From: Lentisphaeria bacterium
GTDB lineage: Bacteria > Verrucomicrobiota > Lentisphaeria > Victivallales > UBA1829
Direction of reading: 5' to 3'
Assembly (NCBI GenBank): GCA_017503375.1
Contig: JAFVTF010000074.1
Location: 4,347-68,346, forward strand
Length of the DNA stretch: 64,000 nucleotides
The notes under the pieces were generated by a model that was not told the DNA's origin, did not search any database, and was given only the letters and a program-made list of their open reading frames with translations. The position numbers were made by a program, and so were the translations under genes. The stretch's first letter is position 1. The number at the start of each line of letters is the position of its first letter. This document shows, piece by piece, positions 27,914 to 37,277 of this stretch.

Positions 27914-29240
27914 GTTTATCCAACGTTTTCAACTCAATCTGTCTGACGCGTTCCCTGGTGATGTGGAACGCATCACTTACTTCTGTCAAAGATTTCGGCT
28001 GCCCGCCGTCGAGGCCGTATCTCATGGAAATGACCTGTCTCTGCCGTTCAGAAAGCTGGGCTAACGCTTCATCCAGTCTTTGGCGCAAGGCTTTTTTGGC
28101 ATAAACCTTCATTGGATCTTCTGTTTGCTGATCCATCAGATAATCTTCAAATCTTGCACTGTCCTGTTCATCACTTACAGGTGCTTGAAGAGAGATGCAT
28201 TGCAGTGACATTTTCCGGATTGCCCGAACCTTTTCAACAGACAATCCCAATATCTGAGAGACATCCGCATCATCCGGATCGCGTCCGTTCACCTGAATAA
28301 AATTCTGTTCAGCACTGTGCATTTTCCGGATGGTTGTGATCATGTGAAGCGGCAGGCGTATCGTTCTTGACTGTCCGGAAAGAGCCCGGGCAACCCCCTG
28401 TTTTATCCACCATGAAGCATAGGTGCAGAACCGGTGTCCGAGTTTATAATTAAACTTATCAAGGGCTTTCATCAGCCCCAGATTTCCCTCCTGGATCAAA
28501 TCTCCGAAAGGCAAACCTTTATTCTGATAATGTTTTGCAATATTGATAACCAGCCGGAGATTTGTTTCCAGCATTTTGACTTTCCACCGTTCAAATTCAT
28601 CTCTTGTTTCTGAAGCAACCTGAACATCCCGGATGAAATCATTTACGGAACAGAGTGTTTTTTCTTCGATATCCTGAGCTGAAAGAGTGCCTTCCCGGTA
28701 AAGCTGAAGGTAACGCAAAGCCACATCATGCCATTCAAGAAGCTGAACAGGAAGAGCCGGATGTTTCAAGAGAATATTGATTCCTTCCTGCCGGAACTGT
28801 TCCATCTTTTTTGCAGATCTTTTCCCGGAATATTGAAGAACCATTTTTTCATGTATCAGAGAAATTTCTCCCAGCCACCGGTTTCTTTCTTCGGCATCAA
28901 GAGAGAAATTCCGTTTCAGATTGGTCGGATCGACTGGAAAAATATCACTGAGTTCATCCAGATCAGGATCTGAAAGAATTCTGATATGTTCTTTAAAAAT
29001 AAACCCGAAACGGTACATTGCATTCCGGGTCTTCTGTAAACATTTATCTATTTTCAACCAGGCGTCTGCTTCCTGAGCAGCGGTCATCTGGGGAACTTCC
29101 CCCATTTCCCGGAAATAGCTTTTCAAAACATCCTGATTGTCTTTGCCGGACCGTTTTACGGAACCTGTGTCAAATTCATTCTCCGCAGGGAATGAATCAT
29201 CTGATTTGCCGTTATAAGTCTTTTCTTTTGCCGGACCCAT
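27864..29240 (-). CDS. sigma-70 family (RpoD/RpoS-like) RNA polymerase sigma factor
   Basis: DVLKSYFREMG (1.2), NLRLVINIAKHY...DLIQEGNLGLMKA...TYASWWIKQ, RTIRLPLH, TRERVRQIE (4.2); start is ATG 29240 or TTG 29276. Confidence 0.92.
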   Translation of the reverse strand: MGPAKEKTYNGKSDDSFPAENEFDTGSVKRSGKDNQDVLKSYFREMGEVPQMTAAQEADAWLKIDKCLQKTRNAMYRFGFIFKEHIRILSDPDLDELSDIFPVDPTNLKRNFSLDAEERNRWLGEISLIHEKMVLQYSGKRSAKKMEQFRQEGINILLKHPALPVQLLEWHDVALRYLQLYREGTLSAQDIEEKTLCSVNDFIRDVQVASETRDEFERWKVKMLETNLRLVINIAKHYQNKGLPFGDLIQEGNLGLMKALDKFNYKLGHRFCTYASWWIKQGVARALSGQSRTIRLPLHMITTIRKMHSAEQNFIQVNGRDPDDADVSQILGLSVEKVRAIRKMSLQCISLQAPVSDEQDSARFEDYLMDQQTEDPMKVYAKKALRQRLDEALAQLSERQRQVISMRYGLDGGQPKSLTEVSDAFHITRERVRQIELKTLDKLRKHSDPQTYLDDFFL

Positions 29241-29308
29241 AAGATACCTGTTTGATTGAGGGGTTATCCGAGGCAATTTTGAAAGCCTTCAAAAATGTCT
29301 GAAAATTC

Positions 29309-29403
29309 TTGCAGAGATTTGAAAATGGAGCGTTTTCGGTGGTTACTCATTGAGCAGCCGCCCTCAAACTACCATTTCCATCTCATCAGCAATCTCTTTG
29401 CAG
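29309..29403. other. long imperfect inverted repeat in the leader of the sigma gene
   Basis: Nested pairs TGCAGAGATT/AATCTCTTTGCA, GAAAATGG/CCATTTCC and GGTGGTTACTCA/TGAGCAGCCGCC. Confidence 0.45.
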
Positions 29404-29461
29404 CCAAATTTTGCCGGACTTTTGAAATTGCCTCTATCCAATAAAATTTATTTATTGAATT

Positions 29462-29570
29462 AAAAAACAGAGACAGGGGGGAACATTCGCTCCAACTTGA
29501 TTCTACTGACAATAAGGCCTTGGCGGCCCCGATGTATTAAACGTTCAGAGGATGTAGGCCCTGTCTCCTG
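29462..29570 (-). ncRNA. candidate ~105-nt rod-shaped small RNA (6S-like, unassigned)
   Basis: 5' GAGACAGGG pairs with 3' CCCTGTCTC, followed by TGTTTTTT; inner pairs ACAT/ATGT, CTC/GAG, AAC/GTT; asymmetric bubble; apical GGGGCC-GCCAA-GGCCTT; promoter immediately upstream. Confidence 0.55.
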
Positions 29571-29575
29571 ATAAC

Positions 29576-29603
29576 AATTTAGCATCTTTCCGGAAAAAAG
29601 CAA
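29576..29603 (-). promoter_or_regulatory. putative promoter of the candidate small RNA
   Basis: TTGCTT-N16-TAAATT with TG extension; predicted +1 falls at about 29570, the first base of the closing stem. Confidence 0.55.
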
Positions 29604-29771
29604 GCGTTTTTTTTATATTTTCATATCACTTTATTGTAAAATAAGAATTTTAACTCAAAAAATGGAAAGAATTTTTACATGGTTTCCGGTAAAACTTAAA
29701 GCAGATGAGGCAATAATGAAAAAAAATTCAGATAATCCTTGAATTTTATAATTTCGCGTGATATATTGATT

Positions 29772-29802
29772 ATTGTTGAACATATTGTACTTATTCAACA
29801 AT
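29772..29802. promoter_or_regulatory. inverted repeat, likely GntR autoregulatory operator
   Basis: ATTGTTGAA-N13-TTCAACAAT just downstream of TTGAAT-N17-TATATT and upstream of the GntR gene. Confidence 0.5.
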
Positions 29803-29823
29803 TAATAAAATGAAAGAAAAAAA

Positions 29824-30486
29824 ATGTTTACTGCAAAAATGACACCAATGACGTTGGCTGACTGTGTTGAAGATCAGCTGTTGAATTTCATGTGCTGCCA
29901 TCAGTTGAAAGCCGGGGATGTTTTGCCACGTGAAGAGGAGTTGGCTGCTAATCTGAATGTCAGCCGGCATATCGTCCGGGAAGGAATCAGCCGTTTGAAG
30001 GCTCTTGATCTTGTGGAATCCAGAAAAAGAAAGGGGTTGGTCGTTAAGAAACCTCATGCATTCTCCGGATTCAGAAAACTGGCGGAAGTCAATCTTTTTA
30101 CCCCCGAAGAACGGCGGGAACTGAATGAGATCCGTCTGGCTATGGAAATCGGACTTTGCGATTTCATTTATATGCGGAAAACTCCGGAAAAAATAAAAGA
30201 ATTGAGAACTTTAACCGGAAGTATCGGCACATACCGTTACACCCGTGAGCAGGAAGTGGAATTCCATTCCTGTCTGGTTGGGATCGCCGGAAACCGTCAG
30301 GTCATCCAGTTCAGAGATATTCTTGTCAAGATTTTTGCCGACAGAGATATATTCACAAATCAGGAGCACAAACCGTCAACACATCTAGAGATATGCGACA
30401 CTTTGGAGCATGGCACTATTGAGGAATTCCGCCAGGTTATGCGGCAGCATTTTGTGAACACATTCAATGAAATTTCCGGTAAATGA
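29824..30486 (+). CDS. GntR/FadR-family transcriptional regulator
   Basis: LKAGDVLPREEELAANLNVSRHIVREGISRLKALDLVESRKRKG wHTH; FCD-like C-terminus (EFHSCL...H...H). Confidence 0.92.
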   Translation: MFTAKMTPMTLADCVEDQLLNFMCCHQLKAGDVLPREEELAANLNVSRHIVREGISRLKALDLVESRKRKGLVVKKPHAFSGFRKLAEVNLFTPEERRELNEIRLAMEIGLCDFIYMRKTPEKIKELRTLTGSIGTYRYTREQEVEFHSCLVGIAGNRQVIQFRDILVKIFADRDIFTNQEHKPSTHLEICDTLEHGTIEEFRQVMRQHFVNTFNEISGK

Positions 30487-33400
30487 AAATTCAACAGAAG
30501 GGTTTTGATATGAAAACACAAAAAGCAGTAAGAAACTCAGGTTCGGGACTCATTGCAAAATTGAGTCTGCTCGTTGTTATGTTTATGGCTTTTGTATTTC
30601 CTATTCATGCAGAAATCACAAAAAAAATCCTTTTTGTCGATGATGATTATTACTCGAATTATGCCGGAAACGTCGAAGTCGCAGAGCGGTATTTCCTTGC
30701 ACAGGGATTTACTCCGATGACAGCTCCGGAAATTCTGGATTTTATGAAAAACGGAAAAGCTCCCGGGTCTGTTATTTTAAGTTTGACAGATGTTAATCCC
30801 GCTATTTGGGCAGAACCTTTTGATAAAACCGGAGCTCTTTATCAGTACTGCAGCCGCGGCGGACGTTTTGTAAACCCCTGCGGAACTACATTGTTTTCGT
30901 TTATCGGAAAAAATGATTTGTTTGAAAAGAAGTTCAGCAGTCAGCAGGCAAAAAAATCCTACCTGTTTTCCGTGTTCGGGGTCAGAACTGCATATGGTTT
31001 GCGCGGCAAAGACCGCGTATTGACTGAAACAGGCAAGAAGTGGGGTTTGGATAAAAACTGGCCGCGCTGGGGTAATTATCTTGATCTGGCTGTTTATGCT
31101 GACACGGTAACACCTTTTGTTCTTGCGAAAAAAGGAACGGCAGCTTTGATCTGGCAGAAAAATATCAATAAAGAATATCCGTATTCCGGTTTGATCGGTG
31201 CCTGTTTCAATATGAGAGACTTTCTTCCCATGCTGGAAGCCGTTTATAAAGTCTGTCTTTTTGATGGAACTCCTATTGTCAAGGTTCCGAAGGTCAATTA
31301 TAAAAAGACGGCTGTCAAAGCAAAAGATTATGAATTAAAAATTGAAATCAACGGCGTTCCCAGAACAGTTTTTGAATGCGGTGAAACAATTCCTGTAAAA
31401 GTTGTCACTCAGAAAAGAGTTCCGTTCAAAGTGGAAGCCGCTGATTCAAACGGAAAAATCTTTACAAACCTGAACACCGCTCTCTGGAAAGAGGGCGAAT
31501 ATACAGTCCGCTGTATTGCCGGAGGAAAAAAGGTTGCAGAAAAGAAAATTTTTGTCGCGGCAAAACGGAAAGTTCAGGAATATCCGATCTTTATCTGGAA
31601 ACATTCACGCCGGCATCTCAAACGTGAAAACGTTGCAGCCGAATTTGTTGCAAAAAGTCAGCTGAATACTGTGATCGATGATATTCATGAAATGGTCGGC
31701 AGCAAACTTGACCGGTTTGGAAATGTTGTGGATCATACACTGAAAACTCATCAGCGTTTCACAGCCAGACCGAGCATTATCAAGATGTTTACAGATAAGA
31801 AAGATGATCAGCTGGTTCTTTATACCGGAAAAGTTCATTCTCATGGAGTCAACCACAATTCCAGGAGCAGCCGTGCTCTTGCTTCTGATTTTTCAGAAAC
31901 TGCAGACCGCATGTCAAAACAGGTGAAACAGCTGCTTGATGCAGAGGCTCCGAACTTCTATAAATATGTGACTGTCAATGATGATGGTTCCATGCTCGGA
32001 AATTTTGACTTCAACCCCAGGACAATGGCTGATTTTGAAGCAAAAACGGGGATGAAACGTTCCCGGCTCCCCAAATTTATCAAGCAGAAACATGGTTATC
32101 ACGTTTATCTTCCTGTTGTGGATAAAGGAATCGTTTCCTGGGATCATCCGTTTCTTGTCTATTACAGATACCACACCTCAAACTATAATAAAATTGCAGA
32201 GCAGACAACGAAAGCAGCAAAGGGGGTTCTTGTCGGTGATATCGGCTTGATGGCAGGACCGCTCTATCCGGGCCGCGGTTTCTATCCGCCCCTGTCACAC
32301 AGCAATTATCCGACAGTCACGTTCTACAACTATACTTTCTGGTACTCCGCGATAGCTTTCAACATTGAAACCGCAAAGATGGCAGGTCGCGAGAAGCCGT
32401 GGGGGGCTGTCGTTTCGGCTCATTATACGCCGTGGGGAGAAGAATTTCAGCGTGGAATCCTTTTGCGGCTTATCGCAAATGCACCGCAATTCATCGGTCT
32501 CTGGCATCTGGATTATGGAACAGACTTTACCTCTCCAATGGTCAAGAGTACCTGGAAAGGAACAACAGAGCTGACCGCACAGCTTGCCAAAGCCGGAGAA
32601 TTTTATCAGCTCCAGAAAAGAACACCACGCAAAGCCGCTCTGCTTTATGATATCGCTCAGATCTGTTTCCAGATCGACCAGACAAATGCATATCCTTATT
32701 CCCGGTACAGCGCATTGGAAAATTTCCGTCGGGCAGGTGGCTCCGCTGATGTGATCAGCTCAGAGGAAGTCGTTTCCGGTGCTCTCAAAAATTATGATCT
32801 TGTCATTCTTCATGACTGTCAGTGGATGACGGATAAAGTCCGTAATCTTCTGATTGATTACATCAAAAAAGGCGGAAAAGTAATTGGTGACAAGACTGTA
32901 ACAATTGACATTCCGGGAATGGAAAAGAATCCGAATGCTTTCGGTTCCGGTTTGGCACATATCGGGGCAAATTACTGTATAGTTCAACTTGCTCCGGTGG
33001 TCAAAAAATATCTGAAACCGGAACCTGTCACCTCAATGGGGATCAATGGCGTTGTCTACAACAATGAAATGCCGGACAAAACCCCCATTGCATGGGTTCT
33101 TGACTGCGAAACGAACAAAGAACGCAGAGATTGTCAGACTGCGATGAGTAAAAAATGGGATATCGGTGCTTATGAGTTTCTGAAAGCAACCGCAGAAAAG
33201 ACCGGATTGCGGGAACATAAACTTAAAATCCGTGATAATGCTGTTGTATATGACCTCTTCAATCACAGGGAAGTACCTGTAGTAAACGGCGTTGCAACGG
33301 TCAAACTCCGCTTGCTTGACGGCGTTCCTCTGCTTCTTCTGAAAGACCGGATTCAGTCTCTTAAAGCATCTGTAAAAACTCCGTCTGTTGTCCGTGGAAA

Positions 33401-33650
33401 ACAGTTCACTGTTGATCTTGTTCTGGAAGGAACCGGGAAAAAATTGATTCGCGGAATGGTTCCTGCTCAGATCAAAGTCATGAAAGACGGGAAAGAACTC
33501 TGGAATTACGGCGGAAATGTTGTTTTGAAAGATGGAAAAGCCTCTTTCACCGTCACAGTTCCGAAAAACGAATCTGCCGGAATCTGGAATATTGCAGCAA
33601 CAGAACTTGCATCCGGAAAAACAAGTACAGCCAAAATCAACTTAAAATAA
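30483..33650 (+). CDS. large secreted glycoside-hydrolase-like protein with a beta-galactosidase-trimerisation-like domain
   Basis: Signal peptide; AALLYD...[36 protein letters not shown]; C-terminal Ig-like segment [14 protein letters not shown]. Confidence 0.6.
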   Translation: MKIQQKGFDMKTQKAVRNSGSGLIAKLSLLVVMFMAFVFPIHAEITKKILFVDDDYYSNYAGNVEVAERYFLAQGFTPMTAPEILDFMKNGKAPGSVILSLTDVNPAIWAEPFDKTGALYQYCSRGGRFVNPCGTTLFSFIGKNDLFEKKFSSQQAKKSYLFSVFGVRTAYGLRGKDRVLTETGKKWGLDKNWPRWGNYLDLAVYADTVTPFVLAKKGTAALIWQKNINKEYPYSGLIGACFNMRDFLPMLEAVYKVCLFDGTPIVKVPKVNYKKTAVKAKDYELKIEINGVPRTVFECGETIPVKVVTQKRVPFKVEAADSNGKIFTNLNTALWKEGEYTVRCIAGGKKVAEKKIFVAAKRKVQEYPIFIWKHSRRHLKRENVAAEFVAKSQLNTVIDDIHEMVGSKLDRFGNVVDHTLKTHQRFTARPSIIKMFTDKKDDQLVLYTGKVHSHGVNHNSRSSRALASDFSETADRMSKQVKQLLDAEAPNFYKYVTVNDDGSMLGNFDFNPRTMADFEAKTGMKRSRLPKFIKQKHGYHVYLPVVDKGIVSWDHPFLVYYRYHTSNYNKIAEQTTKAAKGVLVGDIGLMAGPLYPGRGFYPPLSHSNYPTVTFYNYTFWYSAIAFNIETAKMAGREKPWGAVVSAHYTPWGEEFQRGILLRLIANAPQFIGLWHLDYGTDFTSPMVKSTWKGTTELTAQLAKAGEFYQLQKRTPRKAALLYDIAQICFQIDQTNAYPYSRYSALENFRRAGGSADVISSEEVVSGALKNYDLVILHDCQWMTDKVRNLLIDYIKKGGKVIGDKTVTIDIPGMEKNPNAFGSGLAHIGANYCIVQLAPVVKKYLKPEPVTSMGINGVVYNNEMPDKTPIAWVLDCETNKERRDCQTAMSKKWDIGAYEFLKATAEKTGLREHKLKIRDNAVVYDLFNHREVPVVNGVATVKLRLLDGVPLLLLKDRIQSLKASVKTPSVVRGKQFTVDLVLEGTGKKLIRGMVPAQIKVMKDGKELWNYGGNVVLKDGKASFTVTVPKNESAGIWNIAATELASGKTSTAKINLK

Positions 33651-33661
33651 GGAATAGAAAA

Positions 33662-34387
33662 ATGAGTCGTTCTGAACAAACTGTGTCCGGAAGAAAAGCT
33701 CCTGAATTCTTCACCCTGATCGAATTGCTTGTCGTTATTGCAATCATTGCGGTGCTTGCCGGAATGCTGCTGCCTGCGTTGAATAATGCAAGGTCAACAG
33801 CTCAATCAGCAAATTGTACAAACAACATGAAACAGTGCGGTTTGGGATCTCTCCAGTATCTTGATGACCATGATGGTTGGCATCCGACTGCTCATGTAGG
33901 GAATACGTATGGTTACAATTTTCTGACAGGACTTTCCGGGAAAAAGCCACCGTACATCAATGCTTTTGTGAATGGCGGAAGTTTCAGTGCCGGAACAGCT
34001 GCTACATGGCTGAATACTTATTCTGTTTACAGAAAACATGTCGGTGTGCTGGGGTGTCAGGCTGTGACCACTCCGAAAACCTATGTAATCGATTATGCTT
34101 TGAATACTTATCTCAAAGAATGGGCTGGACATCCCTATGATTCTGCTGATCTCACAACGGAGCGCGGATACTGGAGATCCTCCAGAATCAAAAAATCCTC
34201 ATCCGCCGTTCTCTGGGGGGAAGTCAAAAACGATTACAGACTCCGTTTTACAGGGGATAATATCGCAGGAAGTTTTGCTCCGCGCCATGCCGGAATGAAG
34301 GGAAATGTCGTTTATCTTGATGGGCATGCCGCAACTCATCGGGCTTCACAATTTGAACTCAGACTCCCAGCTTCTGAAAGACCATGA
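33662..34387 (+). CDS. prepilin-type N-methylation domain protein with H-X10-DG motif
   Basis: [24 protein letters not shown]...CTNNMKQCG...[15 protein letters not shown]. Confidence 0.9.
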   Translation: MSRSEQTVSGRKAPEFFTLIELLVVIAIIAVLAGMLLPALNNARSTAQSANCTNNMKQCGLGSLQYLDDHDGWHPTAHVGNTYGYNFLTGLSGKKPPYINAFVNGGSFSAGTAATWLNTYSVYRKHVGVLGCQAVTTPKTYVIDYALNTYLKEWAGHPYDSADLTTERGYWRSSRIKKSSSAVLWGEVKNDYRLRFTGDNIAGSFAPRHAGMKGNVVYLDGHAATHRASQFELRLPASERP

Positions 34388-34390
34388 CTG

Positions 34391-35443
34391 ATGAATCTTA
34401 TCTTTGAACACGAAAACTTTTTTCATCCGTGTGTGATTCCGTTCCGGGGAAAACTGATCCTGCTTATGAGCAAGATCACCGCAATGGACCGCTTCACTCC
34501 GCCGTATTTCTGTTTTTCCGAAGACGGCGGAAAAACATGGACCAAGCCGGAACAGATCCCGACTTTGAAAGATTTTGAAAAATGTGCAGACTTCCGTCCG
34601 ATAAAACTTTCTGATGATAATAAGATAATGATTATCGGGCTGGTTTCAAACGGTGCAGATAAAGATGCCGCATACAGCGGTTATAAAACTGTTTATCTGA
34701 TCTTTGACGGAGAATGGTCGAAACCGCAGGATCTTCTCGGGAAAGAGGAATATAATCATCGGGTTGCATGTGCTCAGACAGAGCTTGCAGCTGATGGTTC
34801 CATCATTATTCCCATCTATTTTGACTCTCCTAAAAAAGGCGGATTCAAGGTTCAGACCCGGAAGTTTATCCTGAAAGATGGAACGTTGATTCAGACCGAA
34901 AGCGGAAATGTATTGAACAGCGGAATCGGCAACGGTTGGCATGAACCTTCCGTAACAGCTTTCAAGGGAAAATACTATCTTACTTTGCGCTGTACAACCG
35001 GCTGTGCATGGCTGGCTGTCAGTAATGACGGTTTGAATTGGAACGAACCGAAAAAATGGACTTTTTCTGATGGAACTTTATTGGAAACAGGTCCGACGCA
35101 GCAGCACTGGATGCATCTTGACAACAAGCTCTGGCTCGTTTACACCCGGAAAGATGAATCTAATGAAGATTGTTTCAGATGGCGGACTCCCATGTTTGCC
35201 GCACCGTTCGATCCGGAAAAAATGCAGCTGGTGAAAGAAAAGGAAATCCTTGTTCTCCCCAGAACAGATTACAAAAACAGACCCGGTTTGTACGGCAACT
35301 TCCATGTTGAAAATTGTAAGGGTAAGGTGTATATTTCCGATGCCCCTCTTTGGTTTGACTGGACTGCCGACAAAGAAGCCATTGCATGGTTTTCCACTTC
35401 CGTGGTCATCAGAGAAATAAAATTTGGAGAATTTACAAAATGA
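34391..35443 (+). CDS. sialidase-like BNR/Asp-box beta-propeller protein
   Basis: SEDGGKTW and SNDGLNW Asp-boxes; HEPSV...YLTLR. Confidence 0.75.
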   Translation: MNLIFEHENFFHPCVIPFRGKLILLMSKITAMDRFTPPYFCFSEDGGKTWTKPEQIPTLKDFEKCADFRPIKLSDDNKIMIIGLVSNGADKDAAYSGYKTVYLIFDGEWSKPQDLLGKEEYNHRVACAQTELAADGSIIIPIYFDSPKKGGFKVQTRKFILKDGTLIQTESGNVLNSGIGNGWHEPSVTAFKGKYYLTLRCTTGCAWLAVSNDGLNWNEPKKWTFSDGTLLETGPTQQHWMHLDNKLWLVYTRKDESNEDCFRWRTPMFAAPFDPEKMQLVKEKEILVLPRTDYKNRPGLYGNFHVENCKGKVYISDAPLWFDWTADKEAIAWFSTSVVIREIKFGEFTK

Positions 35444-36339
35444 AAAAGACAATCATCAGTGCAAGCATTACCCCTTTGCTGGAAAATGGGGAACTTGATT
35501 CCGAAGGTTTCAAAAAACTTCTGGACCGGAATATCAGACACGGTTTGGATGGAATTTTTATTTTCGGAACAATGGGAGAATGGTATAACTTTACAGAAGA
35601 ATTCAAGGAACAAACTGTTAAGTTCGCTTCTGAATATGTTCAGAACAGAACGGAACTCATGGTTGGAATTACAACCACAAGTCTGCCTCTCTCTCTGCGT
35701 TTGATGGAATCTTACAAAAAATATAATTTCGGTGCGTATGTTTATATGCTTCCGGCAAAACCCGTTGCCACCAATCCGCTGAAATCTGTTCTCTCAATTC
35801 TTGATAACTCTGATCGTCCGGTTTATTTCTACTATAATCCGCCGTTAAGTCATGCACCACTGAGCTTGCAGCAGTTTGAAGAACTGTTCAAGCATCCGAA
35901 CCTGAAAGGAATCAAGAACTCCGCCTGCAATATGTGGCAGAGAAAAGAACTGCTGCTTCTCCGGGAAGAAAAGGGGTACAACGTGAAATTCCTGGAAGGA
36001 CAGGAATGGTCTGTTGATGAAGCCGCTTTGCTGGATTTGGATGGTTCTGTTTGCGGAATCGGCGCACTTGCTTCCAATATGCTGGTCAAAGTTTTGAGAT
36101 CTTTTGAACAGGGCGATATCGCAACAGCAAAGGAAACTCAGAAGAAGCTGATCAAACTTTACCATGGTGTTTATGGCGAAGATTTTGCAACAATCTGGTC
36201 CGGACAGAAATATGCTCTGTACAAAATGGGTATCATTTCCAGTCCGTTCACCTACGCAGAAGAAATGTCTGTTCTGACAGAGCCGGTCAAAGCACGTATC
36301 GAAAAATGCATTGAAACTTTCCGCGAAGATTTGGATTGA
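35440..36339 (+). CDS. DHDPS/N-acetylneuraminate lyase family aldolase
   Basis: ITPL, FGTMGE, YYNPP, Schiff-base Lys in GIKNS; ATGA coupling to the upstream gene. Confidence 0.88.
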   Translation: MKKTIISASITPLLENGELDSEGFKKLLDRNIRHGLDGIFIFGTMGEWYNFTEEFKEQTVKFASEYVQNRTELMVGITTTSLPLSLRLMESYKKYNFGAYVYMLPAKPVATNPLKSVLSILDNSDRPVYFYYNPPLSHAPLSLQQFEELFKHPNLKGIKNSACNMWQRKELLLLREEKGYNVKFLEGQEWSVDEAALLDLDGSVCGIGALASNMLVKVLRSFEQGDIATAKETQKKLIKLYHGVYGEDFATIWSGQKYALYKMGIISSPFTYAEEMSVLTEPVKARIEKCIETFREDLD

Positions 36340-36341
36340 TC

Positions 36342-36782
36342 ATGCTGCGATATCAGGAATATAACGAACTTCATCTGGATTTTCACGGCACGACGAATAC
36401 CACTCTGAATTATATTGCAGAAAAGTATGGCGTGGATGCCTTGAAGATGATTCTGCGGAAAACCGGACGGGATGTTTACCGTTCCATTCATGATAAACTC
36501 GCTGCCGGCGATGCCTCTGAGTTGATCGAACACCTGAACTGGTTTTTCTATCGTGAAAAAGGAAAATACCGTTTGAGCGTGACTGAAAACGAGATCATTC
36601 TGGAAGTTCTGGAATGTCCGGCTCATAGACATTTGAAAAAACTGGGAATGGAGATTTCTCAATATTCCTGTCTGCAAACGGCTGAAATCAATGCCGGAAT
36701 GTGTGAAGATACCCCTTGGCACTCAAAGGTTGAAGTGCTGGGGGAAGGTCATTGCATTCAGACATTCACAAAGGAGGCTTGA
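36342..36782 (+). CDS. hypothetical protein, V4R/ATC-hydrolase-like fold suspected
   Basis: YIAEKYG...LEVLECPA...YSC...GMC...GHCIQTF cysteine pattern. Confidence 0.55.
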   Translation: MLRYQEYNELHLDFHGTTNTTLNYIAEKYGVDALKMILRKTGRDVYRSIHDKLAAGDASELIEHLNWFFYREKGKYRLSVTENEIILEVLECPAHRHLKKLGMEISQYSCLQTAEINAGMCEDTPWHSKVEVLGEGHCIQTFTKEA

Positions 36783-36785
36783 TTT

Positions 36786-37277
36786 ATGATTCCCAGTGAC
36801 CATTTCGTTCGCTTTTATAATGAGGTTTTCAAGTTCCTGGATGAAAAAGACGGTTTGCAGGAATATTATCTTGAAATCAGCCGCCATCAGGAATTTCACT
36901 GTCTGAAAGATTTCCGGGAAAAGGGACTTCGGGGCGTTTATGATTATTACCTGAAAATCCGGAAAGAGGAAAACTGCGACTTGGATATCATTCTGAATGA
37001 CGGCGAACTGATTCTGAAAATGAATACATGTCCGAGTCTTTCAAAAGCAATTGATAACGATGCCGGAGTCTGCCCGAAATATTGCCTCCATTGTCCGGGC
37101 TGGACCGCGCCGTTATATCAGAAAGCAGGATTGTATCAAATCTTTGATGTCATGGGGATCGAAAATCCTCAATGCATAGAATGGATCTATGAAGCCCCGG
37201 AGCGGGCAAAAGCAAAGTATAAAGAATTGCTGAAATCCCGTCCTGCGGAAGAATTGAGAATCAATTTTGAGCTTTGA
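36786..37277 (+). CDS. hypothetical protein, V4R/ATC-hydrolase-like fold suspected
   Basis: LKMNTCPS...CPKYCLHC...QCIEWIY cysteine pattern. Confidence 0.55.
   Translation: MIPSDHFVRFYNEVFKFLDEKDGLQEYYLEISRHQEFHCLKDFREKGLRGVYDYYLKIRKEENCDLDIILNDGELILKMNTCPSLSKAIDNDAGVCPKYCLHCPGWTAPLYQKAGLYQIFDVMGIENPQCIEWIYEAPERAKAKYKELLKSRPAEELRINFEL

Noticed and set aside
29462-29570. Assignment of the RNA candidate as SRP (4.5S) RNA or as a simple terminator
   Set aside because: There is no GNRA tetraloop with the conserved CAGG/AGCAG internal loop on either strand. The element is too long for a plain terminator and has its own promoter with no ORF upstream.
35440-36339. Calling the aldolase dapA or nanA
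   Set aside because: FGTMGE matches neither GTTGE nor GSTGE exactly and the context is catabolic, so only a family-level call is made.
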